DNA from: Bacteriovoracia bacterium
GTDB lineage: Bacteria > Bdellovibrionota > UBA1018 > JBFWNL01
DNA: 64,000 bases
Assembly: GCA_050251055.1 (NCBI GenBank)
Contig: JBFWNL010000003.1
Location: 192,001-256,000 of the forward strand
Direction: 5' to 3'
The notes beneath the pieces were generated by a model that was not told the origin of the DNA, searched no databases, and was given only the letters and a program-made list of their open reading frames with translations. The first letter of the stretch is position 1. Every line of letters starts with the position of its first letter. This document shows, piece by piece, positions 17,984-26,596 of the stretch. The position numbers were made by a program, and so were the translations under genes.

Positions 17984-20106
17984 GCGGCGGGCTCCCAAAC
18001 CGGGAACGTTACGACAAAACGCGCATATTGGCCTTCTTCCGACATGACCTCGATCCTACCAGAATGGGCTTCCACAATCTTCTGACAAATGGACAGTCCC
18101 AAGCCCGTTCCACTCGGGGAGGTCGTGAAAAATGGGATAAACAGCTTCTCGAGGTGCTCACGCTTGATGCCTGGACCGTTATCTTCCACGCTAAGGATTA
18201 CCCGACGGGTCGAAGCTTCGCCCTCGAGCCGGACGCTTACCCAAATCTTGCCGTCCTTGCGAACGCTCAGGGCTTTCACGGCGTTCTCGAGCAGGTTAAT
18301 CGCCACCTGCTGGATCTGAACCGGTGCTCCCGCGACGAAGGCCTCTCGGTTTAACGCGCGGAAGTCGATGGCGACCTCCGGGTGCACGGCCTGCATGCGC
18401 TCGCAGGTCTTACGCGCAAGCTCGGCGAGGTCGATCTGTTGGAACTCCACGGCGTTGGGTCGGGAATAGTCCAAGAACTGCGTCACCACGTGATTCAAGC
18501 GATCGGTCTCCTCGACGATCACCTTCAAAAAACGGCTGTCCGGACCGCCGGCGTTGGGATCCAGAAATTGCGCTGCCCCTTTGATGGCCCCTAACGGATT
18601 GCGGATCTCATGGGCAAGACCCGCCGCCATTTCCCCAAGGGCCGCCAACCGCTCTTTCTCGCGCTGACGCACGTAAATCTCGAGATTGCCCAAGGTACGC
18701 GCCACCTGCTCGAAGTAGGGATAAATGATCTGCAGCAGACCCCAGTTCGTGCCCCACGTCGCCGGCGGGGTAGGCGCGTCCAGCGCGACGAACCCTAGGA
18801 TCTTGCGATTGGCGACGAGCGGAATGAGCAGATTGGCCTCCAGGGCCCGCAGGCCTTGGAGTAGGTTCTTGAGATTCGCCCGTTGGGTGCGACTCGCCGA
18901 ACGCTCCATCTCATTCTCAAAAACCTGTCCCAGCAAGACCGGAAGCTCCCCCCGCGACTGCAGGAAAAGGCAGTGCTGTAGGAGCGGGTGATCCAGCAGC
19001 AACTCCCGAATCGGATTGCCCTGGCGATCCTCCTCGTCGCGCCCCTCTCCTCCAGAAAGCACGTGAGGCCGACGCACGCGTGAGACCTGACGGTATTTTG
19101 TTCCCTCGCTTCCCAGTACGTAGAACGCGGACACCCGTGGCTCCAGCGTGGTTGCCAAGAATCGCGCCGCCGCATCGACGAGCGCGCGCAGATCCACGAC
19201 GCCGGTGAGCTCGCGCTGCGCCTCTAGCATCTTCGTCTCCAGCCATTGCTGCTCCTGCGGCAGGAGCTGCCGCGTGAAGTAGGCCACGGCCGCGCGTAGC
19301 GGCTCAAGCAGCATCAAAAGCAGGAAGCTGACGATGAAGGAATTCAGGAAGAAAAGCGCCGGCCGATCCTGAATCCACGCGAACAGTAGCGAGTAAATCG
19401 CGGTGAGCACCAAAGCCACCGCGATCAGCACGAGGAAGCGGGTGAGAAGCGCGCTGAAATTCAAAAGCCGCTGCTGGGAAATCGCCTGACTCAGGAAAAA
19501 CAAGTACACCGTGAGCGCGATGTTGCCCAAAGCCGGTATGATCGGCCCCAGGAAAGGCACGTGGTCCATCGAGGACGTGCCGAGCGCGAAGAGCGCGCCC
19601 ACGTAAATGAGCGTACGTCGTCCCTGGCCGGTCGCGGGGTTGGCGACTTTTGGAAACTGGCGGATTCCTTGGCGCACCCGTCGATCCGCCAGCATCAGGT
19701 ATACCGTCTGCGCGGCGATCAGCGCCGGCGAAAAAAGCACGATGAAGCGCACGCCCGGGAAGTCGTCGAGCCCTAGCACTAGCGCGATGGTCAGGGCGAT
19801 GGCGAGAAACAAGCTAATGTCGAAAAGCCGGCGGACCAAGGGATGCTGGATCCTGACCATAACCCGAATAAAAGCCAATGCCACCGGCGTCAGCCACACG
19901 TTGCACACCAGATGCACCCGGTAGAAAAGCCCGCCCCCTTCCACCGTCTTGTCGAGGAAGAAGCTCATGGCCCAAATGGAAGTGACGATGCAGAAAACCG
20001 CGAAGGCTAGGTACAGCTTGTTGCGATAGTTGCGCGCCAAGGTGGAAGCGGCGAACCCGAAGCTGGCTACCCCCACCAGGAGCGCGGTTTGGCTGAGAAC
20101 GTCCAT
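17980..20106 (-). CDS. Membrane sensor histidine kinase (multi-TM, GAF-like, HisKA, HATPase)
   Basis: Many N-terminal TM segments; H-box LAHEIRNPL, NLLENA, DNGPGI, GTGLGLSI. Confidence 0.93.
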   Translation of the reverse strand: MDVLSQTALLVGVASFGFAASTLARNYRNKLYLAFAVFCIVTSIWAMSFFLDKTVEGGGLFYRVHLVCNVWLTPVALAFIRVMVRIQHPLVRRLFDISLFLAIALTIALVLGLDDFPGVRFIVLFSPALIAAQTVYLMLADRRVRQGIRQFPKVANPATGQGRRTLIYVGALFALGTSSMDHVPFLGPIIPALGNIALTVYLFFLSQAISQQRLLNFSALLTRFLVLIAVALVLTAIYSLLFAWIQDRPALFFLNSFIVSFLLLMLLEPLRAAVAYFTRQLLPQEQQWLETKMLEAQRELTGVVDLRALVDAAARFLATTLEPRVSAFYVLGSEGTKYRQVSRVRRPHVLSGGEGRDEEDRQGNPIRELLLDHPLLQHCLFLQSRGELPVLLGQVFENEMERSASRTQRANLKNLLQGLRALEANLLIPLVANRKILGFVALDAPTPPATWGTNWGLLQIIYPYFEQVARTLGNLEIYVRQREKERLAALGEMAAGLAHEIRNPLGAIKGAAQFLDPNAGGPDSRFLKVIVEETDRLNHVVTQFLDYSRPNAVEFQQIDLAELARKTCERMQAVHPEVAIDFRALNREAFVAGAPVQIQQVAINLLENAVKALSVRKDGKIWVSVRLEGEASTRRVILSVEDNGPGIKREHLEKLFIPFFTTSPSGTGLGLSICQKIVEAHSGRIEVMSEEGQYARFVVTFPVWEPAA

Positions 20107-20207
20107 AAATGCCGGCCCACTTTAACATGGCGCCCGGCGGGGGTCGTCAGGAATTTGACCGCAAAAAGTCCTCCGGTCTGCCTGTACCACGCCGATAAGA
20201 ACCCTGT

Positions 20208-20702
20208 ATGAGCGTATCCCGCAATTCCACGCGCTTTCGCATTAACCCGGTCGAACTGGTGATTTTTTCCATCGTTTCGCTCGTGTTCCTGAACTCGGTT
20301 TATAAGCTATTTTATGACTGGCAAAGCGTGAAGACGGCGGCGCTCACTCCCACGCGCCCGGATGGGGACTCCGACCGTCAACCGGCGGCGATCAAGCAAT
20401 CTTTCACGAACCTCGACATCGGGTGCGACCAGGAGAAGATTGATCCCGTGGCTTCGGCCAAGGTGAAGCTCTCGCTCCCCATCTGCGGCCTGAACGCCAA
20501 GGCCGACCTCGCCAAGCTGCGCACGACGGAAATCACGAACTCGGCCAACAAGGCCACCGCCGTGGTTTTTGTGGACTTGAACCTTGCCACGATCTCCACC
20601 GATCTCATCCCGCTGAACGCCGGCGAGAACCCGATTACCGTGAAGTTCAGCTACGACGGCGGCAAAGTCGTCACGCGTCAGTTCGTCATTCAGAAAAAAT
20701 AA
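20208..20702 (+). CDS. Membrane-anchored hypothetical protein with beta-rich C-terminus
   Basis: One N-terminal TM helix; C-terminal IPLNAGENPITVKF is Ig-like; GCCGATAA at 20191-20198. Confidence 0.7.
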   Translation: MSVSRNSTRFRINPVELVIFSIVSLVFLNSVYKLFYDWQSVKTAALTPTRPDGDSDRQPAAIKQSFTNLDIGCDQEKIDPVASAKVKLSLPICGLNAKADLAKLRTTEITNSANKATAVVFVDLNLATISTDLIPLNAGENPITVKFSYDGGKVVTRQFVIQKK

Positions 20703-20716
20703 GCGAAAAACCAGCT

Positions 20717-21592
20717 CTAGAAAGCGATGCCGTAGTTCAGGCTAACCGAACGCTCGCCCTCGGGAGGTAAATTCGTGCGTGCGCGATCCATGCCTTGGCT
20801 GGAAGCTACCGCCGCGCTCAGGTTCGGGGTCAGCGCACGGCTCAATGAAGCCGTCAGATTCGTTGTCGTCCCTCCATACCGGAGACCGCTCTGCAAACTG
20901 AACACGGGCAGTGGGCGGCTGAAACTCAACGAATAACGCTCAAAATCGTAGGGTTTCAGCGGATCGATCTCCTTGGTCGTGACGTCGACGGATCCATCGA
21001 CTAGGGCCGAGGTCATCCACAGCCTGCCTCTTTGGTCCGGGATATTGGTCTGAGTCCCAAACCGGAACTGTTCCGAAACTTGAACGGAGGTGCTTCCATT
21101 AGCAATCGCCTGGACTTGCGCCTGAACCTTCTGGAAAGTGCGGATATTCTCGGAATTCTTCTCCGCCTTCTTCATGTTCTCCGTCATCTGGTAAGCGAAA
21201 ATATGACGTAGGATGTACCGGGTAAAATCGACGGTGCGGTCGAAGTAGCTTCGATCGTCGTAAGGTGCGACGAGGTTTTGGTTCCGGCGGAGCTCGTACT
21301 CGTCCATCATTTGCTCGTACTGCCGGCGCAGCTGGGTGGCGCTGGAGGGGTCGATGATCTTCGAGTTGAAAACGGCCGACTGGCTCTCCAAACCCAGCCC
21401 TAGGTTCGCTAAGTACCGATCATTGGGCTCCATCGAGCTATGGCGACTCACCAACGCCAGCGGGGAACGGTGAGCCACGGCGCGCTGCGGCGTCGCGGCG
21501 ATTGCCGTATTCTGAAACAAAACTGGGATTATGACTAATAGCAGCAAATCTATCTCCCGACCCCTTATAAAGCAACGGATGTACCACTGCAA
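20717..21592 (-). CDS. Hypothetical exported protein, probable small outer-membrane beta-barrel; start uncertain
   Basis: Hydrophobic signal-like segment, helical middle, amphipathic strands ending VSLNYGIAF (terminal Phe). Confidence 0.65.
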   Translation of the reverse strand: MQWYIRCFIRGREIDLLLLVIIPVLFQNTAIAATPQRAVAHRSPLALVSRHSSMEPNDRYLANLGLGLESQSAVFNSKIIDPSSATQLRRQYEQMMDEYELRRNQNLVAPYDDRSYFDRTVDFTRYILRHIFAYQMTENMKKAEKNSENIRTFQKVQAQVQAIANGSTSVQVSEQFRFGTQTNIPDQRGRLWMTSALVDGSVDVTTKEIDPLKPYDFERYSLSFSRPLPVFSLQSGLRYGGTTTNLTASLSRALTPNLSAAVASSQGMDRARTNLPPEGERSVSLNYGIAF

Positions 21593-21688
21593 TAGTCAGA
21601 TTTTGATAATAATTTCAAATAGATAGTAAAGTAAAACGGCGCATGACGCAATGCGACCATATAAAAAAGAAAGGGATATAGTCAGGAT

Positions 21689-22336
21689 TTAAACGCCCAG
21701 CAGAATAAAGGCCAACCACAGCACAAAGCCCGAAACCATCGGGATGCTGAAGTTGTCGTCCACTTCGAGCGGGAGTAGCTCCGCCATCCCGCCGGCCATG
21801 CCGCCGATCAGGGAGAGCAAGAACCAGGTGCCCAAAGATACGGGCAGGCTGCTCAACAGCACCAGTGAAGCGAGAAAGCAAACCGCCACGCCCGCCAAGG
21901 TACCGATGAGCGACTTTCCGTTGGCGAAACGAATGGAGCGATCACCATAGAGAATACCAAAGAGCGACGCCAAAGGATCGCCGACGGCCAGGTAAATCAA
22001 GCAAAGTACGGAAATAGTCTTAGGAAAAATGGCGATGGCGATTAAGGCCGCCGCTACATAATAAGGCGTACCGCTGAAGCGGTTGATTTCGGAAGCGCGC
22101 ATCAACGGGCCCATGACCCGGATGGCGAGCGAATTCACGGCCGGAATGCGCAGACGCGCGGTTTCCGTTACGAAGAAGAAGGCAAACGCGAATCCCAAGA
22201 TGACGACCGCCGTGCTGCGATCCATCTGCGTTGCGGTGTAAATGGTCACGATGAGGAAACCCATAAGCATGTGCCAGAGTTTCCTGGCGAGATGCAGATC
22301 GGTTCGCATGTGAAGTTTCGTGTTCATTGAATTCAT
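21689..22336 (-). CDS. CTP-dependent polyprenol/diacylglycerol kinase-like membrane protein (dolichol/phytol kinase family)
   Basis: RKLWHM, GDPLASLFG, KSLIGT, DDNFSIP motifs in a polytopic protein. Confidence 0.85.
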   Translation of the reverse strand: MNSMNTKLHMRTDLHLARKLWHMLMGFLIVTIYTATQMDRSTAVVILGFAFAFFFVTETARLRIPAVNSLAIRVMGPLMRASEINRFSGTPYYVAAALIAIAIFPKTISVLCLIYLAVGDPLASLFGILYGDRSIRFANGKSLIGTLAGVAVCFLASLVLLSSLPVSLGTWFLLSLIGGMAGGMAELLPLEVDDNFSIPMVSGFVLWLAFILLGV

Positions 22337-22353
22337 TAACCTAGTTGATATAG

Positions 22354-22370
22354 AGCAATTCGGGTGCCAA
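22354..22370 (-). promoter_or_regulatory. Sigma-54 promoter
   Basis: Minus strand TTGGCACCCGAATTGCT matches the TGGCAC-N5-TTGC consensus, just upstream of the lipid kinase gene. Confidence 0.75.
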
Positions 22371-22692
22371 GAATGTTTACCAAAGTGGTATTTTTTGGGT
22401 ATCTAAGAGTAAAAAATATCATTTAATTTTAGGTGGTTACAAACGTCAGCCACTTGGCGCAATCCGCTATTTTTATTGCGTTGAGTTAGTTGACTGAGAA
22501 GTGGGAAACCCGCTTCGCAGACCCCCGCCCCCTCCGCGAAGTCAACTTCGCACCTCCCCTCCATGCCCAGAGGGACCGGCTTTAGTCTTGACTCTGCACG
22601 GAGCGCCACTGATCCTAATAGAAGGTGTGCCAAGCCATGGCCAAGGATGGGAGATGGGGGCATTGAAGGTCGTCGGTTTTCCAAAAAACAAA

Positions 22693-23751
22693 ATGAAATC
22701 AAACGAATCGGGCGATCCAGCCACCGAGCCATCTGAATTACCGAACCCCCCAATTGCTGAGCCCGACCACCGCGAGAATACCTCCATTCTCGAAAACCCA
22801 TTCGACTCACTCGCGGTTCCCGGCACGAGCCGCATTAAGCAGATCTGGGCCATTGGCGGGGGCAAAGGCGGCGTCGGCAAGAGCCTAGTGTCCTCGAGCT
22901 TGGCGATAGCGCTCGCGCGCACCGGCAATAAGGTGGTCGCCGTGGATCTCGATCTGGGCGGCGCGAACCTGCACACCGCCTTGGGCGTGGGACTGCCTCG
23001 CCAGACCCTGAGCGACTTCTTCGCCGGGCGCGCGAACGATTTGCAAGATTGCGTTTCGCCCTCGGGCATCCCGAATCTCGACATCATTAGCGGCGCGCAG
23101 GACTCCGTAGGCGTCGCGAACATTACGCACGAAGACAAAGTGAAGCTTTTTCAAAAGTTCCGGGAAGTGGATGCGGACTACCTGATGTTCGACCTGGGCG
23201 CGGGCACGAATCAGAATACGTTGGATTTTTTTCTGTACGCGGACGTGGGCATCATCATCTTGTTACCGGAGCCCACCTCCATTGAGAACGCGTACCGATT
23301 CATCAAGAGCACTTACTATCGCCGCCTGCTGCTCGCCCCCCGCCTCAAAAGCGTGCGGCATCTGATTGAAATCGCGCTGGACGCGAAGAACAAGCTGGGG
23401 ATCAAAACGCCATCGGATCTTTTCCGCGAGATCAACCGAGCGAACCCCGAAGCTGGCATGGCGTTAAAAGAAGAGATCGAGAAGTTCCGTCTAAAGCTCA
23501 TCGTCAACCAGGCGCGCACCCAGACCGACGTCGACATCGGCTTCTCCGTAAAAAGCGTCTGTAAAAAGTATTTCGGGATCGAGATGGATTATATCGGTTA
23601 TCTCGACTATGACAGCGCCGTTTGGCAGGCGGTGCGGCGCAAGCGGCCGCTCATGGTCGAATTTCCCAACTCCCAACTGGTTTCCAGCATTGAAAGAATC
23701 GCGAATTACCTGGTAAAAAGATACGGACACTTAAGAAACAATCTCTACTAA
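22693..23751 (+). CDS. MinD/FlhG (ParA-family) ATPase; start uncertain (22654 or 22693)
   Basis: Deviant Walker [35 protein letters not shown]. Confidence 0.88.
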   Translation: MKSNESGDPATEPSELPNPPIAEPDHRENTSILENPFDSLAVPGTSRIKQIWAIGGGKGGVGKSLVSSSLAIALARTGNKVVAVDLDLGGANLHTALGVGLPRQTLSDFFAGRANDLQDCVSPSGIPNLDIISGAQDSVGVANITHEDKVKLFQKFREVDADYLMFDLGAGTNQNTLDFFLYADVGIIILLPEPTSIENAYRFIKSTYYRRLLLAPRLKSVRHLIEIALDAKNKLGIKTPSDLFREINRANPEAGMALKEEIEKFRLKLIVNQARTQTDVDIGFSVKSVCKKYFGIEMDYIGYLDYDSAVWQAVRRKRPLMVEFPNSQLVSSIERIANYLVKRYGHLRNNLY

Positions 23752-24636
23752 ATGGTATTCGGCGAAAAGGTTAACTATTACGACGTACTCGAGCTCGCGC
23801 CGGACGCGACTCCCCAGGAAATCCGTGAGGCCTACACGCGGCTTAAATCCGCCTACGGTAAGGACAGCGTCGCGCTCTATAATTTGATCAGCAAGGAAGA
23901 CACCGACGACGTCCGCGGTCAAATCGAAGAGGCTTATCAAGTCCTCTCCAATCCCGAACGCCGCAAGGAATACGACCGCGGCCACGGCGTGCTCGACCCC
24001 GAGCACATGGACCCGCCGGTGCGTGCCCAGAAGAAAATCATTTCCATCGACCGCGTGCCGCCCATGGAAAGCGACGCGGGCGAGGACGAGCTCTTGGTCG
24101 CGCCTTCCACCGATTTTGAATCCAGCCCCGGCATGTCCTACGCGAAACCCGCGCCAAAGACCAAGCCCGCGGAGACCTTCGGCTCGCCCGTGGATCTCGA
24201 AGCGGAGGCCCGCGTATTGAATCCGGCGCCCCGGACGACCCAAAGCAATCAGATGAGACCAGCCCCGGCCGTGTCCGCCGCCGCGGAGCCCACGCCAACC
24301 CCGGTACCTACCCCCGTCTATCAAGCGCCAGTCGAGGACACGACGCCCGACGGGCTCAGCGCGAAGATTAACGACCAAGTCGAATGGCGCGGCATATTCC
24401 TGAAGGAAATACGCGAAGCGCGCAACATCTCGATCGAGGAAATGGCCGACTACACGAAGATCAGCCGCAGCTACCTGCGCGCTATCGAGGAAGATGACTT
24501 CGACAAGCTTCCCGCGCCGGTTTACATTCGCGGATTCGTGGTCCAAATCGCCAAGAAACTGAAGTTACCCCATGAAAAGGTGGCCCTCGCCTACCTCGCC
24601 CGCTACCGCCAGATGGCGGAATCCAAGAAAGCCTAG
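23752..24636 (+). CDS. J-like domain + Pro-rich linker + RodZ-type HTH protein
   Basis: NYYDVLEL...IEEAYQVLSNPERRKEYD; C-terminal LKEIREARNISIEE...TKISRSYLRAIEEDDF..LPAPVYIRGF; ATG abuts the ATPase stop. Confidence 0.85.
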   Translation: MVFGEKVNYYDVLELAPDATPQEIREAYTRLKSAYGKDSVALYNLISKEDTDDVRGQIEEAYQVLSNPERRKEYDRGHGVLDPEHMDPPVRAQKKIISIDRVPPMESDAGEDELLVAPSTDFESSPGMSYAKPAPKTKPAETFGSPVDLEAEARVLNPAPRTTQSNQMRPAPAVSAAAEPTPTPVPTPVYQAPVEDTTPDGLSAKINDQVEWRGIFLKEIREARNISIEEMADYTKISRSYLRAIEEDDFDKLPAPVYIRGFVVQIAKKLKLPHEKVALAYLARYRQMAESKKA

Positions 24637-24639
24637 CCC

Positions 24640-25683
24640 GTGCCACGAATCTGGATCTGGCAAATCGAGGAAAGCCCGGCGGGTTCGCGTAGCGATGTCG
24701 TCATCTTCCAGGCCCTGCAGTCCGGGGCCGGAGTATGGCAAGGCAACGCAAGCCCACCCAGCCTATCCCGCACGCAGGTACAGCGATTGCTCGAGTCGGA
24801 CGGCGCATGGGTCAACGGGGAGCCCTTCAGAAAAAAAACGAGGTTGCAGGCCGGTGACGAAGTTCGTCTGACGGTGGCGGACGCGAAACCCGCGGCGGCC
24901 GTTGCCCAGGACCTTCCCGTGGAAATTTTATTCGAGGACGAGCACCTGGCGATCGTCAATAAACCCAAGGGAATTTCGGTACACCCTTCGCCGGCCGAAC
25001 GGGACGGCACTCTTGTCAACGCGCTCCTCTACCGGATCAAGAAACTGAGCGGGGTCGGCGGCATCTTGCGGCCTGGCATCGTTCATCGCATCGACAAGGA
25101 TACCAGCGGCGTGCTGGTCGTGAGCAAGTCGGACGAGGCCCATCACCGTTTGGCGAAGACTTTCGCCAAACATGAGATCGAGCGCCGCTACCTAGCGCTT
25201 TGCTACGGCCGGCCGAAAGCAATTAAACCTTTCACGATCGAGAGCCTGATCGGACGGAATCCGAAAGACCGGAAAAAAATGTCCATGACGGTGAAGGAAG
25301 GGCGCCGCGCCGTGACCCACGTGAAGGTGCTCGAGGCCTATCACACGGCATCGCGCCAGCCCATGGCGTGCCTCGTGGAGGCGACCTTGGAGACGGGCCG
25401 CACGCACCAGGTCCGGGTGCATCTGGCTGGCATCGGCTGCTCAATTCTGGGCGACCCTACCTACGGCAAGCCCACGGAGAATCAGAAGAAGTGGAAGGAC
25501 CTCGCGGTCGGGGTTCGCGAAGCCGTGCGCGGCCTGCGGGGGCAAGCGCTGCACGCCCAGCTCCTCGCTTTTGCCCATCCCATTACTGGAGCTCCGCTTC
25601 GCTTTGAGGCCCCGCCACCCGCCGACTTCCAGGCCGTGTGGGATGCGCTGAAAGCTTCGCAAGCCAAAGGGGCAAGGCGATGA
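24640..25683 (+). CDS. rluD: RluA/RluD-family 23S rRNA pseudouridine synthase
   Basis: S4-like N-terminus, NKPKG, GIVHRIDKDTSG, TGRTHQVRVH, GDPTYG, QALHA. Confidence 0.9.
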   Translation: MPRIWIWQIEESPAGSRSDVVIFQALQSGAGVWQGNASPPSLSRTQVQRLLESDGAWVNGEPFRKKTRLQAGDEVRLTVADAKPAAAVAQDLPVEILFEDEHLAIVNKPKGISVHPSPAERDGTLVNALLYRIKKLSGVGGILRPGIVHRIDKDTSGVLVVSKSDEAHHRLAKTFAKHEIERRYLALCYGRPKAIKPFTIESLIGRNPKDRKKMSMTVKEGRRAVTHVKVLEAYHTASRQPMACLVEATLETGRTHQVRVHLAGIGCSILGDPTYGKPTENQKKWKDLAVGVREAVRGLRGQALHAQLLAFAHPITGAPLRFEAPPPADFQAVWDALKASQAKGARR

Positions 25684-26393
25684 ATACCGGCCAGGAGCAA
25701 GCTTGGTTCACGGGCCAGGAACTCGCGAAAGTGCCGGGCATTCGCCATGGTTTCGGCAGCGCGCTCGCGCCGATCGCCGATCCCTTCCTCAAAGACTGGC
25801 CGGAAACCTCGCCGCGCTGGAAACAGGTGCACGGCGATCGCTGTGTGGAAGTACGGGCGCGCCAGCAGGTCTGTGGAGAAACCGACGCGCTCTGCACGGC
25901 CCAGACCGGGCTGCCGGTGGGCGTAGTGACCGCGGACTGCGTGCCGATCCTGCTCGCGCACGCCGACGGCGGTCACGTCGCCGCGATCCACGCCGGTTGG
26001 CGCGGGACGATCGCGCGGATCGTGCGTCATACCTGGGATTCATTTCCGAAGGACTGGCCCCGCCGGGACTGGGTCGCGGCTATCGGGCCCGCGATTGGAC
26101 CCTGCTGTTACGAGGTCAGCGAAGAGCTGGCCGCACGCTTTGCCTCCGATTTTTCGAATCTGCACCCCGCCGAAATCTTGCCGCGGCGACGCCACCTCGA
26201 TCTCCAGGCGGTGAACCGCCAAGAACTGACCGCGCTCGGCATTCAGAAAATTGACGTTCTTCGGCTCTGCACGCGTTGCCAAGAAACGACGGCCGCCGGT
26301 GAAAATCCCGTGAAAAAGCCGCTTTTTCACAGCTTCCGGCGTGATGGCGCGGGCACCCGGCAATGGTCCATTATCGAGATTCTGGCGAAATAA
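25680..26393 (+). CDS. pgeF: PgeF/YfiH family peptidoglycan editing factor
   Basis: QVHG, TADCVPILL, HAGWRG, GPAIGPCCYEV, CTRC, SFRR; ATGA overlap with rluD, a conserved gene pair. Confidence 0.92.
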   Translation: MNTGQEQAWFTGQELAKVPGIRHGFGSALAPIADPFLKDWPETSPRWKQVHGDRCVEVRARQQVCGETDALCTAQTGLPVGVVTADCVPILLAHADGGHVAAIHAGWRGTIARIVRHTWDSFPKDWPRRDWVAAIGPAIGPCCYEVSEELAARFASDFSNLHPAEILPRRRHLDLQAVNRQELTALGIQKIDVLRLCTRCQETTAAGENPVKKPLFHSFRRDGAGTRQWSIIEILAK

Positions 26394-26596
26394 TGGCGCC
26401 GTTTTCGCGCCAAGTTCAAGACGGCCACCTCTAAATTTCCCGAGCTTTTTCGTATATTTCCGACGATTAATCGCGTCACATCAATCAACCTAGTTGGGTT
26501 CAATTTCCTAAAGGCGTAGGCAGAAAAGGCCGAATTGAGTCTTAGAACAAGCTTGAAAACAAGCTTTGGGTACAAGGCTCGGAGGAGACTGACTGA

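Noticed and set aside
21593-21688. AT-rich patch as a sign of foreign DNA or an origin
   Set aside because: Short and intergenic like other promoter regions here; no repeats, DnaA-box array or mobility genes seen.
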